Shown here in pieces: positions 10,637 through 20,552 of a DNA stretch of 64,000 nt. The position numbers and the translations under genes are program-made. The notes under the pieces are model-generated. The model was not told where the DNA came from. It saw nothing but the letters and a program-made list of their open reading frames with translations, and made no database searches. Origin of the DNA: an uncultured Chthonomonadaceae bacterium (GTDB lineage Bacteria > Armatimonadota > Chthonomonadetes > Chthonomonadales > Chthonomonadaceae); the NCBI GenBank assembly GCA_963817895.1, contig CAWFQB010000005.1, positions 576,001-640,000 on the forward strand, in the 5' to 3' direction. Positions within the stretch are counted from its first letter, which is position 1. Each line of letters starts with the position of its first letter.

Positions 10637-11353
10637 TTGAAGCGACTTGAAAAAAAGCATCCTCTGGCGATTCGGTGGTTCCACTGGCTGAATTTCCCCA
10701 TTCTGATGGTGATGATCTGGAGCGGACTGGTTATCTATTGGGCCAACGATGTGTACCATCTGGGGCCATTTCATCTGTTCCCCGACTGGTTTTATCATCC
10801 CGGCTATGACGAGAAAAAAGACACCGCGCTGTACAGCCTGAACTCACGGCTTGCCGAGGGGATGGCGTGGCATTTTCTGTTCATGTGGTTCTTCGCCCTC
10901 AACGGCATCCTGTACGTCCTGTACACGGCCTTTTCAGGCGAGTGGCGGTATCTGTTGCCCGACCGGCACAGCTTCAAGGAGGCGCTTCAGGTCACGCTGC
11001 ACGACCTGCACCTGAGCAAGTACCACCCGCCGCGCCGCAAGTTCAACGGGGCGCAGCGCATCGCGTATTCCAGCATGATTGTCATGGGGTTGGGTTCGCT
11101 GCTGACCGGGCTTGCCATTTACAAGCCCACGCAGTTCGCATGGCTGACCGGGCTGTTCGGCGGCTATCCCATTGCCCGATTCATTCACTTCTGGCTGACG
11201 ATGGGCTACTGCGCGTTCTTTGTGGTGCATATTACACAGGTGATTCGCGCCGGATGGAATCAGTTCCGGGCCATGATTACCGGCTTTGAAGTGACCGATG
11301 ACGGCGAAAACGTGCCGGGTTTCAAGGCTGTGCCGGTGGAGGAGATAGGCTAG
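10637..11353 (+). CDS. Cytochrome b membrane subunit (Ni/Fe-hydrogenase b-type / FdnI-like)
   Basis: RWFHWLN, AWHFLFMW, KFNGAQRIAY, RFIHFW, VVHI heme-ligand His pattern. Confidence 0.88.
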   Translation: MKRLEKKHPLAIRWFHWLNFPILMVMIWSGLVIYWANDVYHLGPFHLFPDWFYHPGYDEKKDTALYSLNSRLAEGMAWHFLFMWFFALNGILYVLYTAFSGEWRYLLPDRHSFKEALQVTLHDLHLSKYHPPRRKFNGAQRIAYSSMIVMGLGSLLTGLAIYKPTQFAWLTGLFGGYPIARFIHFWLTMGYCAFFVVHITQVIRAGWNQFRAMITGFEVTDDGENVPGFKAVPVEEIG

Positions 11354-11354
11354 T

Positions 11355-12374
11355 ATGAGTACCAATACACCGGGCGAACCCAAACCGCCTTCAGGCAATA
11401 ATCCTGACCCCAATTTGCAGCCGGGAAACGATGTTCGCTTCACCTCAAATGGGAAAAGTGGCGCGGACACGCCCAACCTGCGCACAGACGAGCATGGTCG
11501 CCACGAACCGTATCCCTCCGTGATGCTGGAACAAGCCGCCAATACTGCGCCTGTTTCCGAAGCGCCCTTACACTCGCCCGTCGCTTTACGCCCGGACGAT
11601 CCAATTGCCAACGACATAGCGGTGGAAAAAGCGATACATCGCATGTCGCGGCGCAGTTTTCTGTGGGGCGCGGCAGCCCTGACGGGAACATACGCGCTGT
11701 GGCGGGGCATCAACGCGCAGCGGACGATAGACGGCATCGGCTGGCCGTTCCAACTCGCGTTACAGGCCAATGAAAACCTCGCCCGCGACTACTTCAAGAC
11801 CACGCGACTGGCCCCGACGTTCGCGCGGGAACAGGTCGGGCGACTGCCTGTGAACGGCACCGATGGCGCAGACCCCAACGACGATTTCGAGTCGGCGGAT
11901 TGGAACCTGCATGTTGTGGGGCTGGAATCGGACGAGGGCGAAGAGGGCGGGCGCAAATTCACCCTTGCCGAGATTAAGAAACTGCCCCGCGTGGAGATGA
12001 TTACGGAACTGAAGTGCATCGAGGGCTGGAGTTCCATTGTGGAGTGGGCCGGGGTTCGATTAGCGGATTTTATCGCGAAATACCCGCCCGCCAAAATAGA
12101 CGAGGCCATGCCGCAGTACGTGGGCATGAAAACACCGGATGAGGGCTATTATATCGGGCTGGACATGGAGAGCGCATTGCACCCGCAAACCCTGCTCTGC
12201 TACGAAATGAACGGCAAGCCGCTCACCTACGAACACGGCGCGCCGCTACGATTGGTAATTCCGCACAAATACGGCATCAAGAACATCAAGCGCATCGGCA
12301 CGATTACCTTTACCAATGACCGCCCGACAGACTATTGGGCCGAACGCGGCTACGACTGGTACGCGGGGCATTGA
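11355..12374 (+). CDS. Molybdopterin-dependent oxidoreductase (sulfite oxidase family, MsrP/YuiH-like)
   Basis: SRRSFL Tat-like motif, KCIEGWS, HPQTLLCYEMNGKPL..EHGAPLRL..P.KYGIKNIK, YWAERGY. Confidence 0.9.
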   Translation: MSTNTPGEPKPPSGNNPDPNLQPGNDVRFTSNGKSGADTPNLRTDEHGRHEPYPSVMLEQAANTAPVSEAPLHSPVALRPDDPIANDIAVEKAIHRMSRRSFLWGAAALTGTYALWRGINAQRTIDGIGWPFQLALQANENLARDYFKTTRLAPTFAREQVGRLPVNGTDGADPNDDFESADWNLHVVGLESDEGEEGGRKFTLAEIKKLPRVEMITELKCIEGWSSIVEWAGVRLADFIAKYPPAKIDEAMPQYVGMKTPDEGYYIGLDMESALHPQTLLCYEMNGKPLTYEHGAPLRLVIPHKYGIKNIKRIGTITFTNDRPTDYWAERGYDWYAGH

Positions 12375-12614
12375 GGAAAGGAAAAGGAGAATATCCTTCA
12401 CTACCGGACACCTTTTGCCAGGGGTTGAAAACCCCATCTACATGGCCTGCGGCGTAGGGACATAACTTGTTGTGTCTCCCTACGGACGCAAATGCTTGTT
12501 TTCCAGCCTCCCGCGTCCGAAGGACGCCTGGCGGAACGCCACTCAGACGGGTATTTTCAATACCCGGAAAGTGCGCCCGGTAGTACATTCGTTTTCTTCT
12601 CTTCTCCTTATCCC

Positions 12615-13238
12615 TTATTCCTGCAAATAAGGGTTGCGCTTTCGCTCGGTTCCTATCGTGGTTGCTTTGCCGTGTCCCGGCAGAACGCGGGTTTCGTCGG
12701 GCAGGGTGAGCAGGCGGATTCGGATGGAATGGAGCAAAGTTTGCAGGGAACCGCCGGGCAGGTCGGTGCGCCCGATGCTGCGCGCGAACAGGCAATCCCC
12801 GGAAATCGCCGCATCGCCCACAAGGAACGTGACGTGTCCGGGCGCGTGTCCCGGCGTGAACAACACCTCTATCCGGGTTTGTCCAAGTTGAAGCGTCTGA
12901 TTGTCTTCCAGAAAGATAGTCGGGTCGGGCGAGGGCGTGGCGTCGAAGCCGAACATCACGGCCTGATCTTCCAACGCCTGTAACAAAAACAAATCCTCTC
13001 GGTGCAGGGCAATCGGCGCGCCCGTCTCCTTCACCCAGAACGCATTGCCCATGATGTGGTCAAAATGGGCATGCGTGTTCAGGATGTAGCGCAGTTTGTA
13101 CCCCCCTGCCGTAATTTCGGGCAGAAGGGTTTCGCTGTCGAACGAAGGGTCTACCAGCGCGGCCTCGTTTGTCGCCTCGTCCACAATCAAGTACGTATTG
13201 TTGTCCATCGGGCCGAGCGAATAGGAGTGGATTGTCAT
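12615..13238 (-). CDS. MBL-fold metallo-hydrolase (YcbL/GloC-like)
   Basis: THAHFDH, TPGHAPG, GDCLF...GRTDLPGG, PGHG. Confidence 0.95.
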   Translation of the reverse strand: MTIHSYSLGPMDNNTYLIVDEATNEAALVDPSFDSETLLPEITAGGYKLRYILNTHAHFDHIMGNAFWVKETGAPIALHREDLFLLQALEDQAVMFGFDATPSPDPTIFLEDNQTLQLGQTRIEVLFTPGHAPGHVTFLVGDAAISGDCLFARSIGRTDLPGGSLQTLLHSIRIRLLTLPDETRVLPGHGKATTIGTERKRNPYLQE

Positions 13239-13255
13239 GGAAAATCCTTATTGAG

Positions 13256-13383
13256 AGGTTGTTAGTTGTTAGGTTGTCAGGTTGTTAGGTAATTCCTGTG
13301 TTCAGGCTCCTGCCGAAGTAGACATTGTATTTGTACGGCAAGACGACTAACCTAACAACCTGACAACTAACAACTAACAACCT
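13256..13383. repeat. Inverted pair of (TTGTTAG)n-like heptamer arrays
   Basis: aggttgttagttgttaggttgtcaggttgttagg ... cctaacaacctgacaactaacaactaacaacct. Confidence 0.85.
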
Positions 13384-13388
13384 ATGCC

Positions 13389-14327
13389 CTACGGACTGGA
13401 ATCCAAAAACTTCGCCCAGCGCAGTTCGGACACGATATGCGTGGGTTTGAGAACCTCTTCCACCGTGTAGGTCGCCATCGCGTTCACGATCCAATCGAAA
13501 TTCTCCTGCCCGACGGAAGCGACATCGGCGTCCGGGGCGGGGTTGAGAAAGTCAATCGCGTAGGGTACGCCGTCCTGAACCGCGAACTCTACAGTGTTCA
13601 TGTCGTAGCCAAGCGCGCGGCACAGGGTCAGGCAGTCTTTGGTCAGGCGCGCGTTCATCTGCTCCTGCGCGGGCGCGGGTTCCTTGACGTAGCGCTCGGC
13701 ATGAGGGCGGCGCGGATCGTAGCGCATGATATGCACGTTCTGCTGACCGATCACATAGCAGCGGTAATAGTCCTCGAACTCGATCCCCTGCTGCAAAGTC
13801 ATACACAAGTCGCCGGTTTCGTTGTAGGCGGCAAAAAACTCATCGGGCGTATGGACTTTGTAAACGTGTTTCCAGCCGCCGCCGCTGTACGGTTTGAGGA
13901 ACGCGGGAAAGCCGATGTACGCGAAAATCCCCTCCCAATCCAGCGGATACATCAGGTTACGGTGCGACAGTGACGTGGTATCCGGCGGGTGTTGGTTGTG
14001 TGGCAGGAGAACCGTGCGCGGCGTGGCGACCCCCAATTTGGCGGAAAGCGCGTAGTTGAAAAACTTGTCGTCAGCCGTCCACCAGAAGGGGTTGTTGATA
14101 ACGCGGGTTCCGGTCAGAACGGCGTGCTTGAGGAACGCGCGGTAAAACGGAATATCCTGCGAAATACGGTCTACAATCAGGTCATAGCCGCAGGGTTCGT
14201 CCATGATGACGCCGCCCACTTGCAGACTCTCCGCCATCACGCCGTCCACGTTCATGCTGTTGATTTTGTCAACGAGGGCGAACGGAAACGTGTTCTCCAT
14301 GCCGTACAAGATGCCGATTTTTTTCAA
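13389..14327 (-). CDS. ATP-grasp (RimK/GSH-synthetase-like) ligase
   Basis: INNPFWWTADDKF, FPAFLKPYSGGGWK, YDMNTVEFA..DG.PYAIDFLNPAPD. Confidence 0.85.
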   Translation of the reverse strand: MKKIGILYGMENTFPFALVDKINSMNVDGVMAESLQVGGVIMDEPCGYDLIVDRISQDIPFYRAFLKHAVLTGTRVINNPFWWTADDKFFNYALSAKLGVATPRTVLLPHNQHPPDTTSLSHRNLMYPLDWEGIFAYIGFPAFLKPYSGGGWKHVYKVHTPDEFFAAYNETGDLCMTLQQGIEFEDYYRCYVIGQQNVHIMRYDPRRPHAERYVKEPAPAQEQMNARLTKDCLTLCRALGYDMNTVEFAVQDGVPYAIDFLNPAPDADVASVGQENFDWIVNAMATYTVEEVLKPTHIVSELRWAKFLDSSP

Positions 14328-14378
14328 GGCTTCACTCCCATCAAATGTGCGCTCTCACTCTTCACTCTCACTCTTCAC

Positions 14379-15089
14379 TTAAAAATACTTGACCGCCATT
14401 TGCCGCCAGATGGGCCAGTCGTGATACGCGCCGTTACCCCACACATCCAGCCAGTGCCGGATACTTTTGGCGTTCATAATCGCGTCAAGTTGCAGATTGG
14501 AAGCGAGGCAAATGTCTTTTTCGCCAACCGCGAGAATCATCTGCATCTGCTGATAGCGTTCCCAGTACCAGCCGTCGTTGAGATTGGGCAGGAAATCTAC
14601 AGGACTGTTGAGATAAGCGTCCGTGTCTAATTGACCGTCCAGTAACGAGCGGACGCTGAACGCGCCCGCCATGCTGATGCAATGCGTGACCAGATCGGGA
14701 TGCCGCAACGCGAAGTTCACGCAATGGTAGCCGCCGAAACTGCACCCGGTCGCGACTAGCAACGACGAATGGTTACGTTCGCGAATAAACGGCAATACCT
14801 CCTCAATAATGTAACGCTCGTACAGAAGGTGCCGCTGAACGCGGTCATGCGGCGAAACACCCTTGTTGTACCAGCTCTCCTCATCCACGCTGTCCACGCA
14901 AAACGCCTGCAATTCGCCGCTCTCGTACTTCTGTTGCGTGGCCGCGATCATGCCCTGATCTTCGTACTGGTAAAACCGCCCCATCGAGGTGGGAAAGACA
15001 AGCAGCGGCGTCCCGCCCTGCCCGAAGACAAGCAGTTCCATGTCGCGGCCTAAAATCTCGCTGTGCCATTTATGATACTCGCGCTGCAC
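14379..15089 (-). CDS. Alpha/beta-hydrolase esterase
   Basis: LVFPTSMG, GCSFGGYH nucleophile elbow, HDWPIW. Confidence 0.88.
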   Translation of the reverse strand: MQREYHKWHSEILGRDMELLVFGQGGTPLLVFPTSMGRFYQYEDQGMIAATQQKYESGELQAFCVDSVDEESWYNKGVSPHDRVQRHLLYERYIIEEVLPFIRERNHSSLLVATGCSFGGYHCVNFALRHPDLVTHCISMAGAFSVRSLLDGQLDTDAYLNSPVDFLPNLNDGWYWERYQQMQMILAVGEKDICLASNLQLDAIMNAKSIRHWLDVWGNGAYHDWPIWRQMAVKYF

Positions 15090-15120
15090 GATTTATCCTT
15101 TCCAAAAGCGAACAAGCGTT

Positions 15121-15444
15121 TCATAAGGCTGAACGCTCTCGGTTTTTCCAGTAAGTGACAAAGGCTGCTATCCAGACGCCGAAGGAAAGCATAATTGAAA
15201 CGTTGCAAACTGCGGCTGTCGTTGTCGGGTAATACGGCCTGTGTGGTTCGTGAAGATAAGGAGTGATGCCAAGACCTACCACAAAGCCGCCAATGAACAT
15301 TGTCCAGCCAACGCCAAGCAAGATACTCCACGAAGCGCGTTTTCGTCCCTGTAAGCCCAATTGTCTGTAACGATATAGCAGGTACAGACCAGAACCAAAT
15401 CCTCCAAAAAGATAAGCAAGCACGAATGGCGCAAAGATAAACAT
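15121..15444 (-). CDS. Hypothetical membrane protein (3 TM)
   Basis: Three hydrophobic stretches in a 107-aa ORF. Confidence 0.5.
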   Translation of the reverse strand: MFIFAPFVLAYLFGGFGSGLYLLYRYRQLGLQGRKRASWSILLGVGWTMFIGGFVVGLGITPYLHEPHRPYYPTTTAAVCNVSIMLSFGVWIAAFVTYWKNRERSAL

Positions 15445-15544
15445 CGGCTATGTATCCGTCGAAAGTGCCTACGCGCCTTCATCATAAATTACGAATGTGA
15501 CTTCCAGCGCTATCAACCGCAATCGAGTTGTCATTGGCATCGTC

Positions 15545-15762
15545 TCAGAAGAAGCGAACTAATTCGCCGGAAGCTCCGAAATGTAACTCAACTTCGCCGT
15601 ACTTCCAGATACGCGGTATACTCTGTTGACGCGAAGCGCCGCCCATAGCATCCGGTCGCCCAGACATGCGCGTACTTCGTCGCGGTTCATTCCGAGTCGC
15701 GCCGCGCCGAAACTGCCGGAACGCATCGCTTCTTGAAGAAATTGCCAATAGTGTGAAGGCAT
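15545..15762 (-). CDS. Small hypothetical protein, frameshifted
   Basis: RSGSFGAARLGMNRDEVRACLG joins PDAMGG...IWKYGEVELHF in another frame. Confidence 0.4.
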
Positions 15763-15907
15763 TTGCGTTTGTTGACCTCTTGACACTTCATTTACGAGGA
15801 CGAGCGTAATCCGTTGCGCTCCGTAAATAAATTTTTCGCCCGCTTGCCGAATGTTGGCGATGCTTGTTTTGTACGAACAGGGATTCTCATTCTCTGGAGG
15901 GTTTAAC

Positions 15908-17272
15908 ATGTTTTACGAGTGCAGCGCGCAGATTGCCGACAATCCTCCCCAACTCCATTACGGCGTGGCGGTGACGGATGTGGATGGCGACGGCGAATTC
16001 GAGTTTGTGGTGGCGGGCTATGGCTGCGGCAATGTGGTTTTGAAGTGGGACGGGCGGCAATACGTCAATCGCGCCGATGAGAATTTCGCGGACGCGCAGC
16101 GGCAGGCTATTGGGCTGGCGGCGGGCGACCTTGACGGCGACGGGCGCGAAGAGATTTACGTTCTTAACACGGACAGTTTCGCGGGGCGAAAGCAGCACGC
16201 GGACCGGCTATGGAAGTGGCAGGCGAACGGCTGGCAGGATTTGTTCACCCTGCCCGCCAACCGCGACGCGCACAACCTGACGGCGGGGCGTTCGGTTGTG
16301 TGTCTGGACCGGCAGGGAACCGGGCATTACAGTTTCTTTGTTGCCAATTACGGCGGGCCGATGCGCTGTTACGAACTGGAAGAGAACGGCTTTTTATCCG
16401 ACCTTGCCCCCTATCTCGGACTGGCGTACATCACGGGCGGGCGCAGCGCATTGGCCCTGCCGCTTGTTTCGGAACATGTAGATATTTTCGCGGGCAATGA
16501 GGGCGGGCCGAATTTCCTGTTTCGCAACCGGGGCGACGGCACATTCGAGGAGATTGCGGAACGCTGCGGGCTGGAAGACCCTTACGAACATGCGCGCGGC
16601 GTGGCGGTTCTGGACGCCAATCAGGACGGACGCTTCGATCTGGTTGTGGGCAACTGGGAGGGGATGCACCGCCTGTACACGCAAACGCCGACGGGAACCT
16701 TTCTGGATGCCGCGCCGGACGAACTGGCGCAGCCGTCCCGCGTTCGCACCGTAATCGCGGCGGATTTCGACAACGATGGCTACGAGGAGATATTTTTCAA
16801 CAACATCGGCGAACCCAACCGCCTGTTCGGGTATCGCAACGGGGTCTGGACGCGCCTGCCGATGGGGGAGGCGCTGGAACCGAGGGGATTGGGCACGGGC
16901 GCGGCAATCAGCGACATGGACGGCGACGGGCAATTGGAACTGCTCATCGCGCATGGCGAATCGGCCCTACAGCCCCTCTCCCTGTACAAAACGCAACCCA
17001 ATGGCAATCACTGGCTGCGGGTTTTGCCCCTGACAAAGTGGGGCGCGCCCGCCCGCAACGCGGTTGTCACGCTGACGTCAAGCGACCGGACGCAAATTCG
17101 GGCAATTGACGGCGGCAGCGGCTACCTGTGCCAGATGGAACCCGTCGCGCATTTCGGTTTAGGAACGCAAACGGATATAACGCGCATCAAGGTACGCTGG
17201 CCCGATGGCGTAACCCAAACCGTACAAAGGCCAAATGTGGATAGCCTTCTGCGCGTCCCTTATCCGGGGTAA
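15908..17272 (+). CDS. CRTAC1-family protein (FG-GAP repeats plus ASPIC/UnbV domain)
   Basis: Repeated DxDGDG motifs; IDGGSGYLCQMEPVAHFGLG...VRWPDG. Confidence 0.92.
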   Translation: MFYECSAQIADNPPQLHYGVAVTDVDGDGEFEFVVAGYGCGNVVLKWDGRQYVNRADENFADAQRQAIGLAAGDLDGDGREEIYVLNTDSFAGRKQHADRLWKWQANGWQDLFTLPANRDAHNLTAGRSVVCLDRQGTGHYSFFVANYGGPMRCYELEENGFLSDLAPYLGLAYITGGRSALALPLVSEHVDIFAGNEGGPNFLFRNRGDGTFEEIAERCGLEDPYEHARGVAVLDANQDGRFDLVVGNWEGMHRLYTQTPTGTFLDAAPDELAQPSRVRTVIAADFDNDGYEEIFFNNIGEPNRLFGYRNGVWTRLPMGEALEPRGLGTGAAISDMDGDGQLELLIAHGESALQPLSLYKTQPNGNHWLRVLPLTKWGAPARNAVVTLTSSDRTQIRAIDGGSGYLCQMEPVAHFGLGTQTDITRIKVRWPDGVTQTVQRPNVDSLLRVPYPG

Positions 17273-17638
17273 GTATTCAGATACAGGTATTCAGATAGAT
17301 GTTCAGACACAGGGTTGAAGAAAATTGCGTCCGGGGAATAAATTTCCCGGCTGTGATAACGAAGTCCGCCTGCGCGAATTGCATCCTTATACCTTGCAGG
17401 AAATCATTCTGCCATCAGTCCGCCTTCAGTCCGCGAAGGCGGACTTCGTTATCGGGCGTCCACCCGCAAAGAAGGACACAACCGCGAGTTTCAACTCACG
17501 GCAAAGTCGAGGCAATCATTTTTACGTTGTCTGAACCGTTTATCCTGTTGATGGCTCTGTGATAGCAGAAGCCGCAAAGTTAAGTTACAAGATTCATTCG
17601 CGGGCAGACGCGGACAACAACGCGCAAGGGAGAACGAC

Positions 17639-18229
17639 GTGCGGGATCGAACCTGGGTGCGATTGATGCTGAGTGACGATAAGGCGGCGGGCGAACGCTT
17701 TGCGCGGGAATACTATCCGCGCATCGAGCGGATGCTGCGGTATCTGACCGACAGCCCCGATGTGGCGCGCGACCTGACACAGCAGACGTTTCTGAAAGCG
17801 TGGGGCGCGCTTCCCAATTTCCGCAATAAGTCGGGATTGGGAACGTGGCTGCACCGTATCGCCTATCACGAGTACACGCATTGGCTGCGCGCCCGCCGGG
17901 AACACGCGCCTCTGGAAGCCGCCCATAACATTCCCGGCCCCGCGATGATTAACGATTGGGGCATGGCGCTGCTGCCTCACGCCCTTGCGCAACTGACGGA
18001 CGACCTGCGCGAAACGTTTCTGCTGCATTACGTGCAGGAACTGTCCGTGCGCGAAGTGGCCGACGTGCTGGACGTGCCGCCCGGAACCGTCAAATCCCGC
18101 CTGTTCACCGCCCGGGGCAAACTGCGCGAAATCTTGCAGGAAGCGGAACTGGAAACACAGGCGCAAACCGCAACTAATCCACGCTATGAAGTGCCGGCGC
18201 GATACCGCGTGGAACCGAATACGAGGTGA
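17639..18229 (+). CDS. ECF sigma factor
   Basis: ARDLTQQTFLKAW, TWLHRIA, EVADVLDVPPGTVKSRL. Confidence 0.92.
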   Translation: MRDRTWVRLMLSDDKAAGERFAREYYPRIERMLRYLTDSPDVARDLTQQTFLKAWGALPNFRNKSGLGTWLHRIAYHEYTHWLRARREHAPLEAAHNIPGPAMINDWGMALLPHALAQLTDDLRETFLLHYVQELSVREVADVLDVPPGTVKSRLFTARGKLREILQEAELETQAQTATNPRYEVPARYRVEPNTR

Positions 18230-18230
18230 T

Positions 18231-18335
18231 AGGTTGTTAGTTGTCAGGTTGCCAGGTTGTTAGTTGTTGGTTTTCTGGCTGCTTGCTTGAACGCCTCAAC
18301 AACCTAACAACCTGGCAACCTGACAACTAACAACC
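18231..18335. repeat. Inverted pair of (TTGTTAG)n-like heptamer arrays between sigma and anti-sigma genes
   Basis: aggttgttagttgtcaggttgccaggttgttag ... ctaacaacctggcaacctgacaactaacaacct. Confidence 0.85.
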
Positions 18336-18349
18336 TGTCTTGAGAGGAC

Positions 18350-20191
18350 TTGTCCAAAATGAAGTGCCATAACCTGAACAATCTTAATTTTATAGCGCGG
18401 CGGTGGCATCGGCTGTGGTGTCAGGACTGCCGCGCGTCGCAGCATCTGGATACCATGATCGGGTTCGGGCTGATGCAGATGAAGGCCGCGCCGGGGGATA
18501 CGGGGGGATTGGACATGCTGCTGGCGTCCCCGATGCTGCCGGAGGGGGGACGAACCGCGCGGCGGGCTTCGCGCCAAATGGCGGGCAACTGGCTGCGCCA
18601 TCAAACCCAATGGGCGGGAGCGGCTCTTATCGTGGGCGGCGTGTGGTGGCAGTACATGAGTTACATTCCGCCCGTGACGATCCCCGCGAAAGTGGCGCCG
18701 GAACAAAACGCTTTCGACTATTTCAAAATGGCCGGGATCATGGTCAAGGCCAACAAAGATATGGACAATGAAGTGGAGGAGGCTCGGCAGAAATTGGGCG
18801 ATTCGCCCACGCGAGAACGCCGCGACGCCCGCCTGAAACGGGAGGGCAAACCGTTGCCGTCCATCGCGCAGTTGATACAAACGACGGAACGCGAGGGGTT
18901 GCCCATCACGTTTGAGGGCGGCCTGCCATTCAATTTTTCCGGTCCCAAACATGTCTATGACTTTCAGCCCAACTACGTTTATGAGGGCAAAAAAACCCAT
19001 ATGCCGTACACATCGGCGGAAAAGCAACAGTTGCTGGACGACAACCGACTCGCGCTAACGGTTCTGCGCGAAGGTTTGAAGCATCCCTACATGGATGTGT
19101 ACCCGCGCCGGTTCGACGCGCTGTTTCCCGATTACGCGAATTTTCGGCAAATGGCCCGCCTGCTGAATCTGGAAACCGAAGTGAAAGCGGCAAAGGGCGA
19201 CTGGAACGGCGCGATGCAAAGCAGTCTGGACGCGATGCAGATGGGCGCGGAGATGGCGCATGGCGCTCCCGTAATCGGGCGGCTGGTAGGCGACGCCTGC
19301 CAGATTATCGGGGAGCAGGGAGCGTGGAAAGCCGTCGGGCATCTGGACGCGCAGGGAACACGGGCGGCACTCTGGCGGCTACAGGCCATTCGCGCCCGCC
19401 ACGCGCCCTTTGCGGAAACCATTCAGGAGGAGCAGTGGTTCATGCAGGCGTCTTTGCGCGACGAGATGGCAAAACCGGGCTGGCGCGCGAGTTTCATGAA
19501 CATGATGGGAAACACGGATGCGAAAGGGTTTGCGCTTGGCATGTTGGGCTGGTCGAACCGCGTGATTCTGAAAGACATTACGACTGTGATGGACGAGAGC
19601 ATCCGGCGTAGTCGGCTGCCGTATGCGCAAAGCCGCAAATTGAAAGAGATCAAAGAGCCGTTCGACCCCATTGTGCAGATCATGTTCCCCCTGTTTTCCG
19701 GGGCGCGGTATCAGGATGCCTACGGAAGCGAAACGCAGTCCGCGCTGCTGGCGACATCTCTGGCTTTGCGCGCGTACCGTCTGGAACATGCGGGCAAACT
19801 GCCGGATCGTCTGGAACAACTGACGCCGCAGTATCTGGCGCAGGTTCCTGCTGATCCATTTTCCGCCAATGGCAACGCCCCCCTGCGCTATTACACTCTG
19901 GCAGCGAAAATACGCCAAAATCAAATGGCCTCATCGATGCGCGTCGTATACAGATTAGCCGATGACGCGCAAGCGCCACATGTGGACGGGATAACGCGCC
20001 TTGCCGAATACACTCTGTACAGCGTCGGGCCGGACGGCAGGGACGATGGCGGCAACCCGGTAGACCTGCTGCATCAGCCGCAGATCGAAGCCGATGGGTC
20101 GTGGCGCAAAATCGCGCCCGATAGTCCGCAGCGTTATCAGGTTATGCAGATCGCGACGGGCGACATCGTGGCGGGGGTGAATACGCGGTAG
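18350..20191 (+). CDS. Putative membrane-anchored anti-sigma factor with a large helical extracytoplasmic domain and a pseudopilin-G-like C-terminus
   Basis: HRLWCQDC near the N-terminus, one TM segment, C-terminal ALRAYRLEH.GKLP..LEQL.P.YL..VP.DPF...LYSVGPDGRDDGG. Confidence 0.65.
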   Translation: MSKMKCHNLNNLNFIARRWHRLWCQDCRASQHLDTMIGFGLMQMKAAPGDTGGLDMLLASPMLPEGGRTARRASRQMAGNWLRHQTQWAGAALIVGGVWWQYMSYIPPVTIPAKVAPEQNAFDYFKMAGIMVKANKDMDNEVEEARQKLGDSPTRERRDARLKREGKPLPSIAQLIQTTEREGLPITFEGGLPFNFSGPKHVYDFQPNYVYEGKKTHMPYTSAEKQQLLDDNRLALTVLREGLKHPYMDVYPRRFDALFPDYANFRQMARLLNLETEVKAAKGDWNGAMQSSLDAMQMGAEMAHGAPVIGRLVGDACQIIGEQGAWKAVGHLDAQGTRAALWRLQAIRARHAPFAETIQEEQWFMQASLRDEMAKPGWRASFMNMMGNTDAKGFALGMLGWSNRVILKDITTVMDESIRRSRLPYAQSRKLKEIKEPFDPIVQIMFPLFSGARYQDAYGSETQSALLATSLALRAYRLEHAGKLPDRLEQLTPQYLAQVPADPFSANGNAPLRYYTLAAKIRQNQMASSMRVVYRLADDAQAPHVDGITRLAEYTLYSVGPDGRDDGGNPVDLLHQPQIEADGSWRKIAPDSPQRYQVMQIATGDIVAGVNTR

Positions 20192-20199
20192 TTGTTTTG

Positions 20200-20345
20200 C
20201 GCCATGATTAATGTGATCAGGATGATTGCCATGATTCTGTAACGGCGAGTTTATCTGCTTGAACCTGATCTTTTGGACACAGGGAAGAGCAGGGAACAGG
20301 AAAACCAATCATGGTAATCATCCCAATCACATTAATCATGGTGCA
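20200..20345. repeat. Inverted pair of 9-nt-periodic arrays
   Basis: gcgccatgattaatgtgatcaggatgattgccatgatt ... aatcatggtaatcatcccaatcacattaatcatggtgc. Confidence 0.75.
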
Positions 20346-20552
20346 ATACGAGTAGATTGCGCGATTGAAAAGGAACTATATAGTCTTGACAGGAATATTA
20401 TAATTGTGTTATATAAGAGGGATCGAACTGCCTTCCTGAAACGCTGCCATCCTGCTGCAAAGGCATCTGTTAGCGCAAAGCGGCGCGCGACAAAGACACT
20501 GTTGTTTTGTGAGGGGGCGGCAGAAAAGAATGAGTATCGAAAGGATGTATTT

